Shown here: positions 55,401 through 64,000 of the stretch, piece by piece
How the letters are laid out: the number at the start of each line of letters is the position of its first letter
Position numbering within the stretch: the stretch's first letter is position 1
Assembly (NCBI RefSeq): GCF_009914755.1
Contig: NC_060928.1
Length of the DNA stretch: 64,000 bases
Strand: one strand, 5' to 3'
DNA from: the human T2T-CHM13v2.0 reference genome, Homo sapiens
Program-made: the position numbers and the translations under genes
Notes under the pieces: generated by a model
The model's input: the letters and a program-made list of their open reading frames with translations, nothing else
What the model was told of the DNA's origin: nothing
Database searches by the model: none

Positions 55401-58400
55401 CTAACAGAGTTGAACTTTTGTTTTTACAGAGCCGTTTTAAAACACTCTTTTTGTGGAATCAGAAAGTGGATATTCGGATGGCTCTGAGGATTTCGTTGGA
55501 AGCGGGATTACATATAAAATCTAGAGAGAAGCATTCTCAGGAACTTCTTTGTGATGTTTGCATTGAAGTCACAGAATTGAACATTCACTTTGATAGAGCA
55601 GGTTTGAAACACTCATTCTGTAGTATCTGGAAGTGGACATTTCAAGCGCTTTCAGGCCTATGGTGAGAAAGGAAATATCTTCGAATAAAAACTAGACAGA
55701 AGCATCCTCAGAAACTTATTTGTGATGTGTGTCCTCAACTAACAGAGTTGAAACTTTGTTTTGATACAGCATTTTGGAAACACTCTTTTTGTAGAATCTG
55801 CAGGTGGATATTTGGATAGCTTAGAGGGATTCGTTGGAAAGGGGATATCTTCATATAAAATCTAGACAGAAGCATTCTCAGAAACTTATTTGTGATGTGT
55901 GTCCTCAACTAACAGAGTTGAACCTTGGTTTTGATACAGCATTTTGGAAACACTCCTTTTGTAGAATCTGCAGGTGGATATGTGGATAGCTCTGAAGATT
56001 TCGTTGGAAACGGGAATTTCTTCATATAAAATCAAACAGAAGCATTCTCAGAAACTTCTCAGTGATGTTTGCATTCAGCTCATGGAGTTGAACACTTCCT
56101 TTCATAGAGCCGGTTTGAAACACTCTTTCTGCACTACCTGGAAGAGGACATTTCGAGCGCTTTGAGTCCTATGGTGAAAAAGGAAATATCTTCTCATAAA
56201 AACCAGAAAGAAGCATTCTCAGAAACTTCTTTGTGTTGTGTGTACTCATGTAACAGTGTTGAACCATCCTTTTGACAGAGCAGTTTTGAAACACTCTTTT
56301 TGTAGAATCTGCAAGTGGATATTTGGATAGCTTTGAGGATTTCGTTGGAAACGGGATGACATATAATATCTAGAGAGAAGCATACTCAGGAACTTCTTTG
56401 TGATGTTTGCATTCAAGTCACAGAATTGAACATTCCCTTTCATAGAGCAGGTTTGAAACACTCTTTCTCTAGTATCTGGAAGTGGGCATTTCAAGCGCTT
56501 TCAGGCCTATGGAGAGAAAGGAAATACCTTCAAATAAAAACTAGACAGAAGCATTCTCAGAAACTTATTTGTGATGTGTGTCCTCAACTAACAGAGTTGA
56601 ACCTTTGTTTTGATACAGCATTTTGGAAACACTCCTTTTGTAGAATCTGCAGGTGGATATTTGGATAACTTTGAAGATTTCGTTGGAAACCGGAATATCT
56701 TCATATAAAATCAAGACAGAAGCATTCTCGGAAACATCTCTGTGATGTTTGCATTCAACTCAGTAGAGTTGAACACTTCCTTTCATAGAGCAGGTTTGAA
56801 ACACTCTTTCTGCACTACCTGGAAGCGGACATTTCGAGCGCTTTGAGGCCTATGGTGAAAAAGGAAATATCTTCTCATAAAAACCAGAAAGAAGCATTCT
56901 CAGAAACTTCTTTGTGTTGTGTGTACTCAAGTAACAGTGTTGAACCTTCCTTTTGACACAGCAGTTTTGAAACACTCTTTTGGTAGAATCTGCAAGTGGA
57001 TATTTGGATAGCTTTGAGGATTTCGTTGGAAACGGGTTATCTTCATATAAAATCCAGACAGGAGCATTCTCAGAAACTTCTTTGTGCTGCATGTCCTCAA
57101 TTCACAGAGCTGAACCTTTGTTTGGATACAGCATTTTGGAAACATTCCTTTAGTAGAATCTGCAAGTTGATATTTAGATAGCTTTGAAGATTTCGTTGGA
57201 AACGGGAATATCTTCATAGAAAATCTAGACGGAAGCATTCTCAGAAACTGCTTTGTGATGTTTGCATTCAAGTCACAGAGTTGAATATTCCCTTTTATAG
57301 AGTAGGTTTGAAACACTCTTTCGGCACTACCTGGAAGTGGATATTTCGAGCTCTTTGAGGCCTATGGTTAAAAGGAAATATCTTCCCATAAAAACTAGAC
57401 AGAAGCCGTCTCAGAAACTTGTTTGTGATGTGTGTATTCAACTACCAGAGTTGAACATTTCTGTTACAGAGCAATTTTAAAACACTCTTTTTGTGGAATC
57501 TGAAAGTGGATAATTGGATAGCTTTGTGGATTTCGTTGGAAACGGGATGACGTATAAAATCTAGAGAGAAGCATTCTCAGGAACTTCTTTCTGATGTTTG
57601 CATTCAAGTCACAGAATTGAACATTCCTTTTCATAGTGCAGGTTTGAAACACTCTTTCTGTAGTATCTGGAAGTGGACATTTCAAGCGCTTTCAGGCCTA
57701 CGGGGAGAAAGGAAATATCTTCAAATAAAAACTAGACAGAAGGATTCTCAGAAACTTATTTGTGATGTGTGTCCTAAACGAACACAGTTGAACCTTTGTT
57801 TTGATACAGCATTTTGGAAACACTCCTTTTGTAGGATCTGCAGGTGGATATTTGGATAGATTTTAAGATTTCGTTGGAAACGGGAGTTTCTTCATAGAAA
57901 CTCAAGACAGATGCATTCTCAGAAACATCTCTGTGATGTTTGCATTCCACTCATAGAGTTGAAAACTTCCTTTCATAGAGCAGGTTTGAAACACTCTTTT
58001 TGTAATATTTGGAAGTGGACATTTGCAGCGCTTTGAGGCCTATGGTGAAAAAGGAAATATCTTCTCATAAAAACCAGAAACAAGCATTCTCAGAAACTTC
58101 TTTTTGATGTGTGTACTCAAGTAACAGAGTTGAACCTTCCTTTTGACACAGCAGTTTTGAAACAATCTTTTTGTAGAATCTGCAAGTGGATATTTGGATA
58201 GCTTTGAGGATTTCGTTGGAAACGGGATATCTTCATATAAAATCTAGACAGAAGCATTCTCAGAAACTTCTTTGTGCTGTATGTCCTCAATTAACAGAGT
58301 TGAACCATTGCTTGGATACAGCATTTTGGAAACATTCCTTGAGTAGAATCTGCAAGTTGATATTTAGATAGATTTGAAGATTTCGTTGGAAAAGGGAATA

Positions 58401-61400
58401 TCTCCATATAAAATCTAGAGGGAAGCATTCTCAGAAACTGCTTTGTGATGTTTCCATTCAAGTCACAGAGTTGAATATTCCCTTTTATAGAGCACGTTTG
58501 AAACACTCTTTCTGCACTATCTGGAAGTGGACATTTCGAGCGCTTTGAGGCCTATGGTGAAAAAGGAAATATCTTCCCATAAAAACTAGACAGAAGCATT
58601 CTCAGAAACTTGTTTGTGATGTGTGTATTCAACTAACAGAGTTGAACTTTTGTTTTTACAGAGCCGTTTTAAAACACTCTTTTTGTGGAATCAGAAAGTG
58701 GATATTCGGATGGCTCTGAGGATTTCGTTGGAAGCGGGATTACATATAAAATCTAGAGAGAAGCATTCTCAGGAACTTCTTTGTGATGTTTGCATTGAAG
58801 TCACAGAATTGAACATTCACTTTGATAGAGCAGGTTTGAAACACTCATTCTGTAGTATCTGGAAGTGGACATTTCAAGCGCTTTCAGGCCTATGGTGAGA
58901 AAGGAAATATCTTCGAATAAAAACTAGACAGAAGCATCCTCAGAAACTTATTTGTGATGTGTGTCCTCAACTAACAGAGTTGAAACTTTGTTTTGATACA
59001 GCATTTTGGAAACACTCTTTTTGTAGAATCTGCAGGTGGATATTTGGATAGCTTAGAGGGATTCGTTGGAAAGGGGATATCTTCATATAAAATCTAGACA
59101 GAAGCATTCTCAGAAACTTATTTGTGATGTGTGTCCTCAACTAACAGAGTTGAACCTTGGTTTTGATACAGCATTTTGGAAACACTCCTTTTGTAGAATC
59201 TGCAGGTGGATATGTGGATAGCTCTGAAGATTTCGTTGGAAACGGGAATTTCTTCATATAAAATCAAACAGAAGCATTCTCAGAAACTTCTCAGTGATGT
59301 TTGCATTCAGCTCATGGAGTTGAACACTTCCTTTCATAGAGCCGGTTTGAAACACTCTTTCTGCACTACCTGGAAGAGGACATTTCGAGCGCTTTGAGTC
59401 CTATGGTGAAAAAGGAAATATCTTCTCATAAAAACCAGAAAGAAGCATTCTCAGAAACTTCTTTGTGTTGTGTGTACTCATGTAACAGTGTTGAACCATC
59501 CTTTTGACAGAGCAGTTTTGAAACACTCTTTTTGTAGAATCTGCAAGTGGATATTTGGATAGCTTTGAGGATTTCGTTGGAAACGGGATGACATATAATA
59601 TCTAGAGAGAAGCATTCTCAGGAACTTCTTTGTGATGTTTGCATTCAAGTCACAGAATTGAACATTCCCTTTCATAGAGCAGGTTTGAAACACTCTTTCT
59701 CTAGTATCTGGAAGTGGGCATTTCAAGCGCTTTCAGGCCTATGGAGAGAAAGGAAATACCTTCAAATAAAAACTAGACAGAAGCATTCTCAGAAACTTAT
59801 TTGTGATGTGTGTCCTCAACTAACAGAGTTGAACCTTTGTTTTGATACAGCATTTTGGAAACACTCCTTTTGTAGAATCTGCAGGTGGATATTTGGATAA
59901 CTTTGAAGATTTCGTTGGAAACCGGAATATCTTCATATAAAATCAAGACAGAAGCATTCTCGGAAACATCTCTGTGATGTTTGCATTCAACTCAGTAGAG
60001 TTGAACACTTCCTTTCATAGAGCCGGTTTGAAACACTCTTTCTGCACTACCTGGAAGCGGACATTTCGAGCGCTTTGAGGCCTATGGTGAAAAAGGAAAT
60101 ATCTTCTCATAAAAACCAGAAAGAAGCATTCTCAGAAACTTCTTTGTGTTGTGTGTACTCAAGTAACAGTGTTGAACCTTCCTTTTGACACAGCAGTTTT
60201 GAAACACTCTTTTGGTAGAATCTGCAAGTGGATATTTGGATAGCTTTGAGGATTTCGTTGGAAACGGGTTATCTTCATATAAAATCCAGACAGGAGCATT
60301 CTCAGAAACTTCTTTGTGCTGCATGTCCTCAATTCACAGAGCTGAACCTTTGTTTGGATACAGCATTTTGGAAACATTCCTTTAGTAGAATCTGCAAGTT
60401 GATATTTAGATAGCTTTGAAGATTTCGTTGGAAACGGGAATATCTTCATAGAAAATCTAGACGGAAGCATTCTCAGAAACTGCTTTGTGATGTTTGCATT
60501 CAAGTCACAGAGTTGAATATTCCCTTTTATAGAGTAGGTTTGAAACACTCTTTCGGCACTACCTGGAAGTGGATATTTCGAGCTCTTTGAGGCCTATGGT
60601 TAAAAGGAAATATCTTCCCATAAAAACTAGACAGAAGCCGTCTCAGAAACTTGTTTGTGATGTGTGTATTCAACTACCAGAGTTGAACATTTCTGTTACA
60701 GAGCAATTTTAAAACACTCTTTTTGTGGAATCTGAAAGTGGATAATTGGATAGCTTTGTGGATTTCGTTGGAAACGGGATGACGTATAAAATCTAGAGAG
60801 AAGCATTCTCAGGAACTTCTTTGTGATGTTTGCATTCAAGTCACAGAATTGAACATTCCTTTTCATAGTGCAGGTTTGAAACACTCTTTCTGTAGTATCT
60901 GGAAGTGGACATTTCAAGCGCTTTCAGGCCTACGGGGAGAAAGGAAATATCTTCAAATAAAAACTAGACAGAAGGATTCTCAGAAACTTATTTGTGATGT
61001 GTGTCCTAAACGAACACAGTTGAACCTTTGTTTAGATACAGCATTTTGGAAACACTCCTTTTGTAGGATCTGCAGGTGGATATTTGGATAGATTTTAAGA
61101 TTTCGTTGGAAACGGGAGTTTCTTCATAGAAACTCAAGACAGATGCATTCTCAGAAACATCTCTGTGATGTTTGCATTCCACTCATAGAGTTGAAAACTT
61201 CCTTTCATAGAGCAGGTTTGAAACACTCTTTTTGTAATATTTGGAAGTGGACATTTGCAGCGCTTTGAGGCCTATGGTGAAAAAGGAAATATCTTCTCAT
61301 AAAAACCAGAAACAAGCATTCTCAGAAACTTCTTTTTGATGTGTGTACTCAAGTAACAGAGTTGAACCTTCCTTTTGACACAGCAGTTTTGAAACAATCT

Positions 61401-62166
61401 TTTTGTAGAATCTGCAAGTGGATATTTGGATAGCTTTGAGGATTTCGTTGGAAACGGGATATCTTCATATAAAATCTAGACAGAAGCATTCTCAGAAACT
61501 TCTTTGTGCTGTATGTCCTCAATTAACAGAGTTGAACCATTGCTTGGATACAGCATTTTGGAAACATTCCTTTAGTAGAATCTGCAAGTTGATATTGAGA
61601 TAGATTTGAAGATTTCGTTGGAAAAGGGAATATCTCCATATAAAATCTAGACGGAAGCATTCTCAGAAACTGCTTTGTGATGTTTCCATTCAAGTCACAG
61701 AGTTGAATATTCCCTTTTATAGAGCACGTTTGAAACACTCTTTCTGCACTATCTGGAAGTGGACATTTCGAGCGCTTTGAGGCCTATGGTGAAAAAGGAA
61801 ATATCTTCCCATAAAAATTAGACAGAAGCATTCTCAGAAACTTGTTTGTGATGTGTGTATTCAACTAACAGAGTTGAACTTTTGTTTTTACAGAGCCGTT
61901 TTAAAACACTCTTTTTGTGGAATCAGAAAGTGGATATTCGGATGGCTCTGAGGATTTCGTTGGAAGCGGGATTACATATAAAATCTAGAGAGAAGCATTC
62001 TCAGGAACTTCTTTGTGATGTTTGCATTGAAGTCACAGAATTGAACATTCACTTTGATAGAGCAGGTTTGAAACACTCATTCTGTAGTATCTGGAAGTGG
62101 ACATTTCAAGCGCTTTCAGGCCTATGGTGAAAAAGGAAATATCTTCGAATAAAAACTAGACAGAAG
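52471..62166 (+). repeat. Three 19-mer HORs: H15 (52471-55702, carries conversion tract), H16 (55703-58934), H17 (58935-62166)
   Basis: Marker ORF at 55391, 58623, 61855. Confidence 0.95.
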
Positions 62167-63183
62167 CATCCTCAGAAACTTATTTGTGATGTGTGTCCTC
62201 AACTAACAGAGTTGAAACTTTGTTTTGATACAGCATTTTGGAAACACTCCTTTTGTAGAATCTGCAGGTGGATATGTGGATAGCTCTGAAGATTTCGTTG
62301 GAAACGGGAATTTCTTCATATAAAATCAAACAGAAGCATTCTCAGAAACTTCTCAGTGATGTTTGCATTCAGCTCATGGAGTTGAACACTTCCTTTCATA
62401 GAGCCGGTTTGAAACACTCTTTCTGCACTACCTGGAAGAGGCCATTTCGAGCGCTTTGAGTCCTATGGTGAAAAAGGAAATATCTTCTCATAAAAACCAG
62501 AAAGAAGCATTCTCAGAAACTTCTTTGTGTTGTGTGTACTCATGTAACAGTGTTGAACCATCCTTTTGACAGAGCAGTTTTGAAACACTCTTTTTGTAGA
62601 ATCTGCAAGTGGATATTTGGATAGCTTTGAGGATTTCGTTGGAAACGGGATGACATATAATATCTAGAGAGAAGCATTCTCAGGAACTTCTTTGTGCTGT
62701 TTGCATTCAAGTCACAGAATTGAACATTCCCTTTCATAGAGCAGATTTGAAACACTCTTTCTCTAGTATCTGGAAGTGGGCATTTCAAGCGCTTTCAGGC
62801 CTATTGAGAGAAAGGAAATACCTTCAAATAAAAACTAGACAGAAGCATTCTCAGAAACTTGTTTGTGATGTGTGTATTCAACTAACAGAGTTGAACTTTT
62901 GTTTTTACAGAGCCGTTTTAAAACACTCTTTTTGTGGAATCAGAAAGTGGATATTCGGATGGCTCTGAGGATTTCGTTGGAAGCGGGATTACATATAAAA
63001 TCTAGAGAGAAGCATTCTCAGGAACTTCTTTGTGATGTTTGCATTGAAGTCACAGAATTGAACATTCACTTTGATAGAGCAGGTTTGAAACACTCATTCT
63101 GTAGTATCTGGAAGTGGACATTTCAAGCGCTTTCAGGCCTATGGTGAGAAAGGAAATATCTTCGAATAAAAACTAGACAGAAG
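62167..63183 (+). repeat. 6-mer variant S8
   Basis: Marker ORF 61855->62872 (+1017). Confidence 0.93.
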
Positions 63184-64000
63184 CATCCTCAGAAACTTAT
63201 TTGTGATGTGTGTCCTCAACTAACAGAGTTGAAACTTTGTTTTGATACAGCATTTTGGAAACACTCTTTTTGTAGAATCTGCAGGTGGATATTTGGATAG
63301 CTTAGAGGGATTCGTTGGAAAGGGGATATCTTCATATAAAATCTAGACAGAAGCATTCTCAGAAACTTATTTGTGATGTGTGTCCTCAACTAACAGAGTT
63401 GAACCTTGGTTTTGATACAGCATTTTGGAAACACTCCTTTTGTAGAATCTGCAGGTGGATATGTGGATAGCTCTGAAGATTTCGTTGGAAACGGGAATTT
63501 CTTCATATAAAATCAAACAGAAGCATTCTCAGAAACTTCTCAGTGATGTTTGCATTCAGCTCATGGAGTTGAACACTTCCTTTCATAGAGCCGGTTTGAA
63601 ACACTCTTTCTGCACTACCTGGAAGAGGACATTTCGAGCGCTTTGAGTCCTATGGTGAAAAAGGAAATATCTTCTCATAAAAACCAGAAAGAAGCATTCT
63701 CAGAAACTTCTTTGTGTTGTGTGTACTCATGTAACAGTGTTGAACCATCCTTTTGACAGAGCAGTTTTGAAACACTCTTTTTGTAGAATCTGCAAGTGGA
63801 TATTTGGATAGCTTTGAGGATTTCGTTGGAAACGGGATGACATATAATATCTAGAGAGAAGCATTCTCAGGAACTTCTTTGTGATGTTTGCATTCAAGTC
63901 ACAGAATTGAACATTCCCTTTCATAGAGCAGGTTTGAAACACTCTTTCTCTAGTATCTGGAAGTGGGCATTTCAAGCGCTTTCAGGCCTATGGAGAGAAA
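63184..64000 (+). repeat. Partial 19-mer HOR H18 (m1 to m5, truncated by window end)
   Basis: Separate m1 and m2 present, canonical m3-m5 alleles. Confidence 0.9.

Larger units (their letters stand above)
1..64000 (+). repeat. Alpha-satellite (alphoid) higher-order repeat array, centromeric; probably human chr4 D4Z1 (S2C4H1L) 19-mer array
   Basis: Uninterrupted 166-172 bp monomers starting CATTCTCAGAAACT, each carrying a CENP-B-type box (TTCGTTGGAAACGGGA) or a pJalpha-type box (CTATGGTGAAAAAGGAA). The ORF track recurs at exact 3232 and 1017 bp offsets. The alpha-satellite call is secure; the chr4 assignment (~0.8) rests on recalled 19-mer/3.2-kb HOR size. Confidence 0.98.
40638..64000 (+). 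repeat. Near-identical second copy of positions 1-23363 (offset 40,637 bp)
   Basis: The order of 19-mers and 6-mers, and rare SNVs, recur at +40637 (353/40990; ORF variants 8878/49515, 10173/50810, 13887/54524). Confidence 0.92.

Noticed and set aside
375-63975. The many 61-129 aa ORFs on both strands (e.g. MYSTNR..., MFQTYSIK..., MNIPFH...)
   Set aside because: They are translations of alpha-satellite monomers that recur with the repeat period and overlap on both strands. Many start at GTG/TTG, none shows a recognisable domain, and single SNVs create or destroy them (e.g. lost at ~36191, gained at 13887 and 37230). Used only as markers.
1-64000. A previously undescribed gene-encoded biological system
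   Set aside because: No non-satellite sequence was seen. The only unexplained structure is repeat architecture, reported under findings, and parts of it may already be catalogued.

Overview
The whole 64-kb window is primate centromeric alpha-satellite DNA: about 375 head-to-tail monomers of ~171 bp on one strand. I saw no genes, transposon insertions or inversions. It is a highly homogeneous higher-order repeat (HOR) array. It holds 17 complete 3232-bp 19-monomer HORs plus a partial one, interspersed with 8 copies of a 1017-bp 6-monomer variant, which together with the preceding HOR forms a 4249-bp 25-mer. A 19-mer of ~3.2 kb with CENP-B boxes fits the human chromosome 4 live array (D4Z1/S2C4H1L), but that assignment is from recall and needs alignment. 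All ORFs in the track are repeat artefacts. I found no new protein or RNA system; the interest lies in the nested structure. The 19-mer is 5+7+7 monomers with a fusion monomer joined at a CENP-B box. The 6-mer has a single origin and a perfect CENP-B/pJalpha alternation. A length-neutral out-of-register conversion tract occurs in three HORs. An older 14,962-bp duplication is nested in a near-identical 40,637-bp duplication, and a mutation-rich pocket at ~36.1-40.1 kb includes a disrupted CENP-B box. Monomer labels m1-m19 are my own (m1 starts at 104). All comparisons were by eye, aided by ORF-track periodicity.
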